Assembly: GCA_951406725.2 (NCBI GenBank)
Contig: OX597822.1
Coordinates: forward strand, 86,304,001 to 86,368,000
Direction: 5' to 3'
DNA: 64,000 nt
Origin: Octopus vulgaris
Taxonomy: Eukaryota
Both the position numbers and the translations under genes were made by a program. A model generated the notes under the pieces. It was not told the origin of the DNA, made no database searches, and saw nothing but the letters and a program-made list of their open reading frames with translations. Numbering within the stretch: the first letter of the stretch is position 1; the number at the start of each line of letters is the position of its first letter. Positions 12,828 to 25,670 of the stretch are shown piece by piece.

Positions 12828-14080
12828 TTGTAGAGAAATGGGTGGATAAGGTCATAGAGGTTGTCAGGGTATGCAATAGAGTGCTTAAGCTCAGGCTAGT
12901 CCTGCAGAACAGCACAGCTACAATTGTCTTTGCCTATGCCCCACAAGTGGGACTACCAAATGACGAGAAGGACCATTTTTATGAAATCCTTCTAAAGGCT
13001 ACCTCAAAGATCTTTGCGGCTGGAGATTTCAATGGGCATGTTGGGCGGGAATCTGGTATCTTCACTGGTGTACATGGGGGCCATGGTATTGGTTCCTGGA
13101 ACAATGCAGGAACTAGGCTACTGGAGTTCTCTGATGCATATAACCTTTTAATCTGCAACACTAAGTTCAGGAAGCCAGACAGCCACCTGATAACATATCA
13201 ATCAGGTGATTCTGCTAGCCAGATTGATTTCATCCTCACCAGACAGCGGGATACAGGGTTGCTCCTAAATACAAAGACCCTCCCAAGTGAGGAATGCACC
13301 CCCCAGCATAGACTAGTCATTAGTGACTTTTGACTCGAGACCAGAAGGATGCCAAGAAGCAGATCAATCCAGAGAACGATTTGGAAACTAAAGAACCCTT
13401 CACATAGTCAAAGATTTATGGACATCCTCATCAAGAAATTTGATGAGAGGGAGGAGGAGCTACAGTCCTCGGACATAGAAAGTAGCTGGAAATTCCAATG
13501 GGACAGCTTACTGAGTGCTACAGACTAAGTCTGCAGATGGTGCAAAGTCCCTTACAGACCTAGAGTAATGTGGTAGTGGAATAATACACTAGACAAAGCC
13601 ATCAGAGCAAAGAAACAGGCCTGGAAAGCCTGGAAGGGTGGAGGTAGCAGGGAACTGTACCAGATAGCCAAAAGGGAGGCTGGGTGACAGGTATACATAG
13701 CCAAGGGCGAAGCAGAAAAGAAGTTTGCCAATGTCCAGCAATGTGAGGACCAAAGAACTGAAGTATTTCGGATTGCAAGACAGTGTGTGAGAGATAATTG
13801 TGATGTCACAGGAGAGAAATGTGTCCACGCAGATGATGGTGCACTTGGTTTTAATGATTCAGAAAAGAGGCTTGGAGAAGCCATTATGAAAGGCTGCTGA
13901 ACATGGAGAATGAATGGGAGGAGGAGAGCCTGCCAAATATTGATCCAGTAGAGGACCAGCTATCTGAATAGATAGCACCCTGGTAGATGAAGTAATTAAG
14001 GGTATGAAGCCAGGAAAAGCCCCTGGTCCATCAGGAATCACCGCTGAGATGCTTAAAACATCTGGTGGTGTGGGTTATGT
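12828..14080 (+). mobile_element. Decayed RTE LINE fragment: AP endonuclease and linker to the RT start
   Basis: ORF 12842-13333 has AYAPQ, GDFNGHVG, SQIDFILTR and PQHRLVISDF. A downstream GKAPGPSGITAEMLK motif follows stops and frameshifts. Confidence 0.9.
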
Positions 14081-15858
14081 TGATGCAGTGAACTGAATCT
14101 TCTTTTGTTTCCAAAGATCATGCAACATATCAAGATAATTTTTTGCAGGGAATTTCAACTAAATAACATTTTGAGCAAAGCCATTGGCTTACAAATCAGC
14201 AAACGAACATGCATGGACTTGAGAAATACATACACACACTTTCATTCAACATCCCTGTTTAATGCTGGCATGGATTGGAGAGTTTGACAGGATCCTATAG
14301 ATCTAAAGACTGCATCAAACTCAAAATATCTGCTTTGGTATGGTTTCTATGGTTGGATGCTCTTCCTAATTCCAACCACTTTACAGAATGTACTGGGTGC
14401 TTTTTCTGCGTAATGAGTTTCTTTCAGTTTCCTTCTGTTAAAATCCACGCATCAGCTTTTGGTCAGCCCTTAGCTATAGTAGAAGGTATTAGTTCACGGT
14501 GCTGTGCAGTGGGACTGAACCTGAAACCACATTGCTATGCCTATTTATCTCACAGACTTCTGCTATAAATGGTCAATTACTTGACAGAAAGGAAAAAGGC
14601 AAACTGTGCCATTGAAGGCAGCAGAATATCTCTAATTAGTAGAACCTGTGGAAATTCTTCCACAGTTCATTTCTGTTGTCCAGTCTCGGGCCCTAAACAT
14701 CCTTCCCACTTGATAATAATATCCTGTCATTTTGATTAATTTCTTGAAAATCTTGTCTGTTCTCTTTGATCCTGTTTCCTCTTCCAACCTGTTTTCTCAT
14801 TCTTGTTTGTATGAAATATTCTTAACCTGTCATCATCCTTCATTTCTTGATTAAGAATTCTCATTAGTTTCCAATTAGCTTCACCTTCATCATTATAGTT
14901 CCATTTTCGCATTATTTCCTTTCCTTTTTGAATTAATGCTTCTCATCATTCCTGATTCTCCTCTCTTTATTCCTAATTCTTACTTCTTCTCCTCTCTGTC
15001 CCTTTTCCAAATGTGCCTCTTTTCATTCTATTCTTTCTCTCATGCACAATGATCACTGTCTGCCACAACAAGCCAAACTCCATCTTGGAGAGAATTTAAG
15101 AAGTATTTGATATTATAGACCATTTATCCAGGATATACTGGATCATATCTCTTACAAAGAGAGATATTGAACATATTGTTATAGAGTTGGAAAAACTAGA
15201 AAGTAACTGCTTAGCACATTTTACAAAGGAAGTGAGGAACATGCTTATTTATAGACAATAGAAGAGATAGGGAGCTAGATGTTTAATTTTCATGGAAATG
15301 ACTTGTTAAAACTCATGGTAAATCACCAAACAAATGTTATACACAGCTAATGGAATATTCTCCCTCTCTTTCTAACATACACACAGAATTATTGTCTGTA
15401 TATCTACCAATAATATTTGTGATTGTATGTGTGTACTTGTCTTTCTTACACAATTTTACATTCCCTTTACACAGTATGATGGATTTTTCACACAACAGGA
15501 AATCTATCATATTAGCTCTTTAATATAATATCTGTTTCACTGGGATCACATTATGCTGTGATTTGATTTCTAAAAAGCAGAATTAATTACTTTCATTACT
15601 TTCTTGTATAATTTGTCAAGAGATTTGATTATTGTAATTATGCAGAGTCACTCTTGGGAATTATTAAACATATGTGCCATTGATAATTACTGTCCTATCA
15701 AAGACCTCATTCATAGTCAGCCAACAAATAATTTCGATGCTATAAAAAGTGGATTAACAATGATAAATACATTTACTAAATAAAAAAATTACTTTACCAA
15801 ATGCAGTCTTCCTCATATATATCTTTTTGTTAATTTTCATTTCTTGTTCTATTCACAG

Positions 15859-15905
15859 GTTCAAGAAGTCTCGTATTAACATTACAAGGTATTCCAAAAT
15901 CATGA
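15859..15905 (+). CDS. yjbQ: YjbQ/UPF0047 last coding exon (SSRSLVLTLQGIPKS*)
   Basis: cacag acceptor, phase match (a+gt = Ser), C-terminal R-x-x-V-x-T-x-QG motif, TGA at 15903-15905. Confidence 0.88.
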
Positions 15906-16181
15906 ACAAAAATCTCAGACATTTCACCCAGGAATTAAACACTCTTCAAAATTGGTGCCCACTTGTTTTCTTGTTTGTAAGATTTTGTAAAGACTATTAA
16001 ACTTTAACCAATATAATTCTCATTTTTTTTTGTTAAATCTTATTAATCTACCAGCAACAAATTTGTAATGTTTCTTCTTTCAACTTGATAAAGAGCTTTG
16101 GTTTATTTTATCTTGCACAATAGTTGGACAATGTCTAGTCCTCTCTTCATGTGAGCACACACACAGACACATATATATCTC

Positions 16182-16223
<42 letters not shown>

Positions 16224-16288
16224 AATATCGATATTATCAAGTGGCCAGCATGGGAAAAAATACCGTACAAAGGTAATAATTTTTTTAC

Positions 16289-16550
16289 AACTAAAAATAA
16301 TGGTGTCTGAGAGACACCACCATGCCGAAATAGCAGTCAAAACCCTGACTTTAAAAACCACGTTAAATGTTCATATCGTACCATGAGATTAGACAGAGGG
16401 ACAAAATAGACTAGCAAAAAATATTATTGAATAATTCAATCTCATGCCTTATCTCATGGTATGATATGAACATTTAACGTGGTTTTTAAAGTCAGGGTCT
16501 TGACTGCTATTTCGGCATGGTGGTGTCTCTCAGACACCATTATTTTTAGT

Positions 16551-16551
<1 letters not shown>
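16289..16551. repeat. 101-bp inverted repeat with a 61-nt spacer
   Basis: 16289-16389 versus 16451-16551, two mismatches seen by eye. Confidence 0.9.
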
Positions 16552-16585
<34 letters not shown>

Positions 16586-17135
16586 ATATACATAGGTATA
16601 CGTATGTATATATATATATATATATATGCATATATATATATATATGCATATATATAAATATATATATATATATACATGCATATATATAAATATATATATA
16701 TATATAATGCATATATATAAATATATATATATATATATATGCATATACATAAACGCATATATATATGTGTATATATATATATATATGCATATACATGTAT
16801 ATACATATACGCATATATGTGTATGTATATATATATGCATATACATGTATATACATATATATGTATATATATATATATATGCATATACATGTATATATAT
16901 ATATATATATGCATATACATGTATATATATATATATATATATGCATATACATGTATATATATATATATATATGCATATACATGTATATATATATATATAC
17001 ATGTATATACATATATGCATATATATATATATATACATGTATATACATATATGCATATATATATGCATATCTATATACATATATGCATATATATATATAT
17101 ATATGCATATCTAAATATGTATATATATATATATA
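16552..17135. repeat. Compound (TA)n/(TG)n/ATGC-interrupted microsatellite
   Basis: Read directly; it is the source of the spurious Y/I/M/H/C-rich ORFs. Confidence 0.97.
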
Positions 17136-17345
17136 ACGGGAAGCTTTATGAAAATAAACAAAGACGAAGGCAGGTGGAGTACAAACAAACAATTGTATTA
17201 GTATGGCGCTCAGGAATATAAATAAAACAAGTCTTTTACATTTCGAGCCTACGCTCTTCAACAGAAAGATACATAGAAAAGAAACAAGGAGAGAAAAAAT
17301 GCGTGCAGAAGCTAGCGATTCAACATGGCGATCTGATTCCAGCCA
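17136..17345 (-). mobile_element. Short dispersed repeat, possibly Penelope-derived; second copy at about 39620-39790 (+)
   Basis: The reverse complement tttctgttgaagagcgtaggctcgaaatgtaaaagac matches tttctgtggaagagtgtaggctcaaaacgttaaaaac near 39665. Both copies are flanked by (TA)n. Confidence 0.55.
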
Positions 17346-17514
17346 GAAGTCAGAGATCAAACATGAGACGCAAGAGCGAAAATAGGGGAGATAACAGGGT
17401 CAAATGACTTCGCCCCAACATAAGGGTGCGTGTGTGTATGAGAGAGTATGTAGTGCGTATGAAAGGTCTGGACATGTGTATGTATGTATGATGTGATGTG
17501 TAATGTCGTATGGT

Positions 17515-17735
17515 GTAGTGTAGAGAGAAGAGAGGGGAGGGAGAAGAGGAAAGGTGAGAGGGAGAGAAGAAGAGGAGGGGGTGGGAGAGGAGGATAGGGG
17601 GAAGGGGAGTGAGGGAGCAGAGAGAAGGGGAAGAGGGAAGAAAAAAGAGGAAGGAAAGAGAGTAGGGGTGAAAAGATGAAGGACTGAAGAGAAGTAGGAG
17701 TCGGGGGAGAGGTTAGATGAGGAGGGGGGAGAGTT
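17515..17735. repeat. Purine-rich low-complexity tract
   Basis: Almost entirely G and A on the + strand. Confidence 0.85.
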
Positions 17736-17987
17736 GAGACCAATGCATATTACCTCAATACATGACTAATATAGGCACAATGAGATACCTTTATCTACAG
17801 ACTGAAACAGCTGTAAGATCCATTTTATATGTATTATTTTTATGGTATTATCTTACTTATGTATATTGTTTTATTCTGTTGGATTTGGATGTTCCTATTT
17901 AATTAGTTGATAAATTATACGAATTGGTATTATATGAGTGTATGTCATCATCATCATCGTTTAGCGTCTGTTTTCCATGCTAGCATA

Positions 17988-18042
<55 letters not shown>

Positions 18043-18579
18043 GCATATACGTGTATATGCATATGTATATACATATATATATATACACGCTTGCATATCT
18101 ATATGCACAAATTTTGTAAAAGCTATGAATGTACAAGAGATGTGATGGAACGATAGGTGGGCGAATGGAGAAGGCAAACCTTGCAAGTAGCCAATGGAGA
18201 AGGGTAATAAGCACTAAGAGCTTATGGGAAATAGATTTTCTCAAATGCCTGCAACAGTCCTTAGAATCAGTTGACAGTTTAAGCGACATATATACATGTA
18301 TGTGTATGGCCGCAATCCTAAGGATAACAAAGTGATTAAATAAATATATTTACCTCTTGCAACTTCTGATGTTTTATGGTTTGTATATTCCTCTTGAAAT
18401 AATTTCATTGATCAGATCATCTGCTTTTCAGCTGCATGGCTTCTCTGCGTTATATGCCTCTGTATTGGATGACTATGTGGTCTGATAGCCAGGTTCACTA
18501 GAAGAGCTTTACATGATAGCCACATGAATCTATATATTACAATAAACTTTATGTATATATATGTGTGTGTATATATATA

Positions 18580-19645
18580 TTCTTCTTGGCTTTACAGAGA
18601 TTAAGAAGGAGCTGGTCCTCATTGACTGCAGGTATACTCATGGCTGCTGCCAAGGCCAATGAAGGACAGATATGCACAACTGCAGTGGCTACAGTTGAAG
18701 GTCTGGTCAGCATTCGATGATGCGGTGTAGTAGTTCTTCCTCCTGTGCATTTGAGAGTGGCCCTGCATGGAGGAGACAGCATGATTGATGGTGAGTTGCT
18801 AGGTATCACAGTCCTTGGCTGGGGTGGGCCACTAGTGATGGTTGATATGACAGGCACCAAGGGATTTTTTCACATATTTCTTTGGTGCCCGTCTGTTGTG
18901 ATAGTTGGTGGAGAGTTCATTGTACAGCATGAACCTGGGTAGGTGCTGATGACTTCATCTTGGAGATATGGCCAACTAGCAGAGCTGGGACTTCAGCAGC
19001 ATGGCCTCTGCCTGTTTAGGGACTTCAACATTGGTGATTAGGTCACTCCAGTTGATGGGTTGGAGGCAGCACTGGTGGAAGCGTTCAGAGTTGTAGATGG
19101 TGGCAATAAGTAACCTATGACTCTGAGCCATATAGGAGGGTGGTTAAGGGCTAAGGCTCCCTACATGCTGATCTTGGTACTCTTTCTTGGGTGTTTGTTG
19201 TTCCACATGCATTTGTACAGTCTGCCAAATGCACTATTCACCTTTGCCACTCTGTTTCTGATTTCCCCGTTGATGGTGCACCTCAGGGAGGTGAACCAAT
19301 GGACTGTTTACAATATAGTCTCACCAATGGTGATGTGGGGAAGGTCGTATTCTTTCTGGGATACAGGCTAGTGGAGTACCTCCATCTTCATTAAGCTGAC
19401 TCCTAGCCCAAAGAGCCAGGCAGCCTCCGCAAAGCAGGAAGTGATGTGCTACAAGGGTGTTTCTGGGTAGGCAACAGGGGCAGCATTGTTGGGAAAGAGG
19501 GGTCTCAGATCACTTGCTCCAGGGCTTTCATGCAGGTCTGTAGTCATCAGAGTTAAACAAGTTGCCACAAAGACAGTATCTGATGTAGACTTCACTCTCA
19601 TCAGCAACATCTTCTGTGTCCTGCTCAAGCATCATGCTCAAGAAA
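18580..19645 (-). mobile_element. Heavily decayed RTE/BovB-like LINE 3' part (different family from the 8-10 kb copies)
   Basis: Minus-strand translation gives remnants such as CFAEAAWLLG, INWSDLITNVEV and AEAMLLKSQL, with many frameshifts. Confidence 0.6.
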
Positions 19646-20284
19646 ATGTCGGTGCTTGGACATGTATATTTATATAGACACACACACTTGCCAAGTGCAT
19701 ATCTATTTCCTGTCTTTGGTTCTCTCCCTATCACACATCCCCCCATCATTCACCCTCTCTTCACTCACACTTCCATCTACTTACTGTATTTTCTGTCGGT
19801 GTAAATATGGAATATAGCATTTGATATACCATCATTCCTTCTGCACTGCCAGTCATTACTGACTCTCCCTCTACTCCTCACTTTCTACATTCTCACTCTT
19901 ATCACTTTCTCTTCTTTTCATCTTTATAGACATGTTACCTTTAGTAAATAAACACATCACACAGTTGTCACTTTTCATCTCTAAAAACAAAATACACATC
20001 AATAAATACAAAATACCTTTTAATAAATTATAAAAAAAAAGTTGTAAAAATATACAGGGCAAAGTCATAGCTTCACCCACCCCAAAAAAAAGTCATATGA
20101 ACATTATTGTTCTTTGATAGTTCAAGATAATGTTTCTGATGACAAACTTGGAATATTGCAGTCCTCCAACTTCACACTTGATAGCAAGTTTTCATTTAAC
20201 AAAAGCAGGGTATCGACGCTAATCAAGAACAACTGATGGCAGGGAAGCATGGAAAATCTCTCTCTAGAAGAGCAAACAGCCATT

Positions 20285-20363
20285 TTATACATCAAATTTT
20301 AATCTTTCTAGCTTCAATTTAACTTTTGAAACTTCCTCAGTCAGATTTTCACCTAAAGGACTC
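20285..20363 (-). CDS. OSGEPL1: OSGEPL1 exon 10 (KSPLGENLTEEVSKVKLKLERLKFDV*)
   Basis: ttcag acceptor, phase match, TAA stop. Resembles the PLG-x-D/N C-terminus of OSGEPL1. Confidence 0.85.
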
Positions 20364-21679
20364 CTGAAAGTTGAGAGAAAAATAAACATCAACAAAAGTG
20401 ATTATAAAACTATGTGTAGTAATAATACTTAAAATCAATTTGTTATATTTCTTAAACAAAGGGTGCAGATAGGGAAAAGGATGAATTTGTCTCTCTTAGC
20501 AAACTGAGTGGCCATTTGCAGTGAGAAATGTCCATCAGTGAGTAATCTTTTCCAGTAAATCTGTTTTGTTTAATTTTACCAGTAAAACAGAGTTAAAACT
20601 TCCTACCCTACCACAATGGAACATACAACAGATTTGAAATCTTCCAGTGAAAGTAAAATGTTATCCAAGCAGTGATTTTAATTCTGTAAGGAGATGGAGA
20701 AGCTAGAATGGTTTTGTCAGTCGCAATAGGTACTGCACCAGGTACTGGGGGGGCCAAAGAAGGTCCTTGCTTCAAGGGATTGGTATGTGTGTTGCCCCAC
20801 TGATACATCCAAAGATATTAAACAATGTGAATTGTGATCAGAAATGCTTATACCCCTCATCATGTCTTCCAAGCCTTTCTCAGGAATATTTTATAGTTGG
20901 ATGCTCTTTTTCATGGCAATCCTTTTGCTTGCCTTTCACAACATACCACAATACAGTGGACATACTCTAAAACCTGTGCAACACACCAATTTTGCAGAAA
21001 CACTTCTCCACTAGAGAGTCCTAGGGGTACTATTTCTGCTGATAAAGGTACCATATTTGTGTCTAAATCTTCATTGCAACACATTGTTACTGATTAATAT
21101 TTAAAAGGATCAACCAGTGAATAGAATAAATTTTGAACTCTCTCTTCTGCTCGACTGATTTATAAACTTCATTGCTGCTTTACTTCCAGCAAAGCCTTTG
21201 ACACCAGTTTTTAGTCTGTGATATAGCAATGTGGTGGAGTAACATTATTAAGACAAGCCTAACAACCATTCAATTGTTGACATTTGTTTTCCCTTTCTTT
21301 TTTTAATTCACTCATTCATTAAACAACTTTTCAGCAATACAACCTCACAGCATCTGCCAGCAGATCACTGGAATTATGCAGATCACATCTTTTAAGTTCT
21401 CTATCTTTAGATCATCCTCCGTACACATGTTTCACTCCCACACAAATGGTCAACTTCCTAACAACTTTCTACCAACAAAAATCCAATGAGAAAACACTGA
21501 TCAACATGTGGAGGTCACAGTAGAAAAATCTCAACCAAATTCCAGTGCAATGTGATTGACCCCAGAACTAGCAGGTTATGAGGTGAACCTCTCAACTACA
21601 TGGTTCTCCTTGTGTCAATTCTAGTCTCACAAACTATTAATCTTTAATATTTCAACTTCAATAGAGATTTTGATTGACT

Positions 21680-21898
21680 AAGCTTCAGAATTCAGATTAC
21701 TCTGTTAAATGTAATCCTTATTTAATCACATTGTTTTGAATTAATCTTGCATTATCTTGTAGCTTTGAGATTTCAATGATGTGACTGTTTATTTTTTGAA
21801 TGACATTGTAGGGTAAGTGTGAAAAGTTGGATCTGGATGGTATGAACATAGAACAGGTAGAATATTTGGGCCAGATATGACCAGTTTAAAAGCTAAAG
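21680..21898 (+). mobile_element. About 200-bp non-autonomous repeat; second copy at about 60945-61147
   Basis: Shared tcagatta...ttttgaattaat...tgacattgtag...ggtagaatatttgg...ccagtttA. The 61-kb copy has TTAA at both ends. Confidence 0.6.
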
Positions 21899-22295
21899 TA
21901 GGGCACATTTCTTGGTGTTAGTGGAAGCATAGTTAATCATTTAATTGCGACTCAACATTAGCATTGAAGGTCGAAAAGTGAAACTTCAAATTCAGAATCA
22001 TGAGATCCCAGATTAGTTATGACAGCATCTAGTCTAGAGGATTTCTGGTATAGACTTTGATCTCCGGCAAGATTACATTCTTTAGAAATGCCCTTTTCCT
22101 AAATACATACAAAATTAAGCTGAATGATCTCAGTTATTTTCTATTTTATAAGTACTTGAGGAATATCGATCGTGTGGATTAAAAGGGGTGATGAGACTGT
22201 CAGACGATACTGATAGCGTGGATTAAAAGGGATTATGAGACTGACAGACAAAAAAAGAAAACAAAGAACTTTAAAATGACAAAATGTGAACTTAC

Positions 22296-22367
22296 TTTGC
22301 TTGAATTTCAATCTGCTCAAGATCTTTAGCAATACCAATTCCCCGGGCCAACTTTTCAATACCATTC
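22296..22367 (-). CDS. OSGEPL1: OSGEPL1 exon 9 (WNGIEKLARGIGIAKDLEQIEIQA)
   Basis: tttag and gtaagt sites; completes the AWNGIE motif. Confidence 0.92.
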
Positions 22368-22694
22368 CTAAAACAAAAGAATTTTGGTTCTGATGGAATG
22401 ATCCATTGATAATGGCATTGACACAAACATCAAATCAGTGTGTAGCTGTTGAGTTAGTAGCATGAAGCAGAGAGAAATGTTTCTCTGGCTTGGACATCAG
22501 AATATTATGAGTAAGTTTTGCAGAAAGAATTGAAGTTTGTTTTTTTAAATCAACCCCAGCAGGATTGTTAAAATTGGAAAAATATTTGAAAAACTCAAAA
22601 GATTCTGATTACTGTCTGTGAATGAATTTAGCATAAAATAAGAACAAAGTCAAAATTGGAATTGATAAGAAAAAAAATAATAATAAAGGATATA

Positions 22695-24151
22695 CAGGGT
22701 CTTGCAGATAAATTGAAACTAATTTTAAGCAAGTTGATTTGGTGTGTTTAACGTTTCATTTCTGGACAAAAACTTGCTGGCTTGAAATTCTGAACTGATT
22801 CAAAAACAGAAAGTCATGGAACAACAAAATTGTTCCACCATTGTTGTTTTGGTGCATGCCAGGCACATTGCCAATAAAATTGATAAGCTGACGAAACTTC
22901 CATAAGCAACAGTTTAAAGAAGTGGGAAAGACTGATAGAAAAGAACACAAGACTCAAAGTGATTCTAATTGCAATTCAAAGTTTCTTGCTGGCCTCAAAC
23001 ATTCAGTTGAAGCCAATCTATCCACATCCATGACAACAATGTATCCCTTTCCATGGTGTCCAGAGTTGTGAACAGGAACCTTGGCATAACTAGCTATGTT
23101 TGACGACACCTTCGCCTCCTAACAGCCAAGGTCAAAGCAATCAGAGCCAAGAGATGCCCAAAGCTTCTGTCATTCATCAAGCATCAAGGTGCAGGAAAAA
23201 CTCTTGTTTGTAGACAAGAAGTGCACTGTGGATGCTGAGATGAATCGCAGAAATTCTTGAATGATTGTATACAACCCTTTTGATGTACCACCTGTGTTCG
23301 AGACTAAGAATCCTACCTCTGTGATGGTATTTAGAGTCATGTTAAGGTGGTGAGCTGGCAGAAACGTTAGCACACTCGGCGAAATGCATAGCCGTATTTC
23401 GTCTGCCGTTATGTTCTGAGTTCAAATTCCACCGAGGTTGACTTTGCCTTTCATCCTTTCGGGGTCGATAAATTAAGTACCAGTTATGCACTGGGGTCGA
23501 TGTAATCGACTTAATCTGTTTGTCTATCTTTGTTTGTCCCCTCTGTGTTTATCCCCTTGTGGGTAGTAAATAAATAGGTATTTAGAGTCATGGTGAGTGA
23601 GGGAAGTGTTATGGATCCACAGAGTCTGGCTTGAAGATCAGCACAAAGGAGTATCTGGACATCTTGAAGAACTCTCTGTTACCTTGGATGGAGCAGAAGT
23701 TTGGGCTTGACAATGTGGTGTTTATCCAGGATTCTGTACCATGCCATGGGTCAAAAGCAACACAAGCCTTCCTTGGTTAAGAAGATGCCATTTTTTGTGA
23801 TGGTAACATCTGATCCAGTAATAGCCCAGATCTCAATCTTCTTGATTACTTTTTATGGGGCATACTTCATTCAAGGACAAATGTTTCACCACACTTGAGA
23901 GTCAACAGTTTGAAGACCTGCATTGTGCACGTGACACAAAAGCAAAAAGGTGGAGGTTGCAGCAGCTGCAAAAAAATTTCCTTCTCATGTGGAGGCAGTA
24001 ATTGCCCCAAAAAGCAGCTGTAGTGAGTGATATATGTTTTCATTGTAATAAATGCTACATTAAAATTATATCTGTCTACTGCCATTCTTTTAGTATTTAT
24101 AACCAGTTTTATGCATCATAAAAATTGTCTCAATTTATCTGCAAGACCCCA
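22695..24151 (+). mobile_element. Decayed Tc1/mariner-superfamily transposon (maT/DD37D-like) with TIRs
   Basis: TIRs cagggtcttgcagataaattgaaac / gtctcaatttatctgcaagaccc next to TA. Transposase remnants ETKNPTSVMV, QDSVPCH and NSPDLNLLDYF. Confidence 0.85.
23342..23576 (+). mobile_element. tRNA-derived SINE inserted in the transposon, 16-bp TSD
   Basis: ggtatttagagtcatg is duplicated at 23326-23341 and 23577-23592. A-box-like gagctggcagaa and B-box gagttcaaattcc are present. Confidence 0.9.
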
Positions 24152-24704
24152 TATTTCTGTCTTTTCTGACAGTTCCTGACAATAAATGAATTTCAAAAGA
24201 TCAGGCCTCAAATCAAAGTAATGCATTTACTAGGCAGAGTGAATGATAACATGAAATTGCCAGCAGATGTTGTCACCATCATCATCATCCTTCAATGTCG
24301 ACTTTCCATGCCGGCATGGGTTGGACAGCTTGGTAGGAACAGACAAGGCCAGGAGCTACACCTGGCTCCAACTGTCTGTTTTGGCATGGTTTCTACAGCT
24401 GGATATCCTTCCTAATACCAACCACTTTACAGAGTGTAGTGGGTGCTTTTTACATGGTGCCAACACTGATAGGGTCACTGAAAAGTCATTTAACTGTCTT
24501 TGGCTCAGCTTACATAACTGTAAATAGGTATGAAACACACATGTTAAGCTTTCATGCAGTTTCTATTAATCAAATTCCACCTGTATGGCATTGGTCAACA
24601 TAAGGGTATGGTATAAAACAGTCACCAAAAGTGCTGCACTGCAGGATTGAACCTGGAATTATTTGGTTGCAAAGGAATCTTCTCAAACACATAATGCTGC
24701 CTGT

Positions 24705-25255
24705 ATATCATCATCATCATCATCATCACTTAGTATCTGCTTTCCATGCTGGTATGGGTTAGATGGTTTGACTGGAACTGTACCAGGTTCCATTCTGAAT
24801 TTTGCTGGGTTTCTACAGCTGGATGCCCTTCCTAATGCCTACCACTCCAAGAGTGTAGTAGGTGCTTTTTATGTACTACTGGCACAGGTGTTTTTACGGA
24901 TCATTAGCACTGGCCAGAACTATGAATTCACTTGGCTGATGAGTCTTCTCAAGCACAGCAAAGCACCAAAGGCCACAATCACTTGTCATCATCTCCACCG
25001 CAACATTCGAAGATCATACTTCACCACCACACCCCATGTCTTCCTGGGTCTACTTCTTCCACAGGTTCCCTCCACAGTTAGAGATTGGTACTTCATCACA
25101 CAGCTGTCCTCAGCCATATGCATTACATGACCATACCAGTGCAGCTGTCTCTCTTGCACACCACATCTGATGGTTCTTATGCCCAATTTTGCTGTCAAAC
25201 ATGCACACTGACATTGCACATTCAGTGAAGCATACTAGATTCATTTCTTTCACAG
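24705..25255 (-). mobile_element. RTE LINE 3' fragment
   Basis: ORF 24989-25219 encodes CGVQERQLHWYGHV and RPRKTW; (ATC)n tail. Confidence 0.85.
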
Positions 25256-25316
25256 CAGACTCTCTGATGAATCTACAAACAGACATACAAAACATCTAAG
25301 GGTATATATTTTTTAA

Positions 25317-25396
25317 CCTCTGAAGAGGTTATGCTCAGAAACATGAACTTAATATTTAATTAATTTCACTGTGTATAACTGAAACAGCTGTTGGGG
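25317..25396 (+). ncRNA. Minimal hammerhead-ribozyme-like motif (Penelope type)
   Basis: CUGAAGA at 25320-25326, 12-bp stem II with one mismatch, GAAAC-AGCU-GUU at 25381-25392. Stem I is only about 3 bp. Confidence 0.5.
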
Positions 25397-25670
25397 ATAA
25401 TGATCGATTTGTTGTTGATAATAAACTCTTATTAACTTCAAAATCTCCATTTTCTTCTTCCTTTATATGAATATAAACTACAGTTTATATACACACCTAT
25501 TATTTTAAGGAAATCAATTCCCCCCAAAATATTAGGTATTGAACCAGTATTTCCTCGGATGACACCATCCCTTTATGGGGCAAACATAGCCTTTAATTGA
25601 ATTATATATATATATATATATATCTTTTGAAAACAGAAATAAATTTTTAATACTTAAGTTTTTAGTGTAC

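Noticed and set aside
16530-17360. Several 120-276 aa ORFs on both strands
   Set aside because: Translations of a stop-free (TA)n/(ATGC) microsatellite.
23345-23432. tRNA gene
   Set aside because: A/B-box-like motifs belong to a multi-copy SINE head with a TSD; no cloverleaf found.
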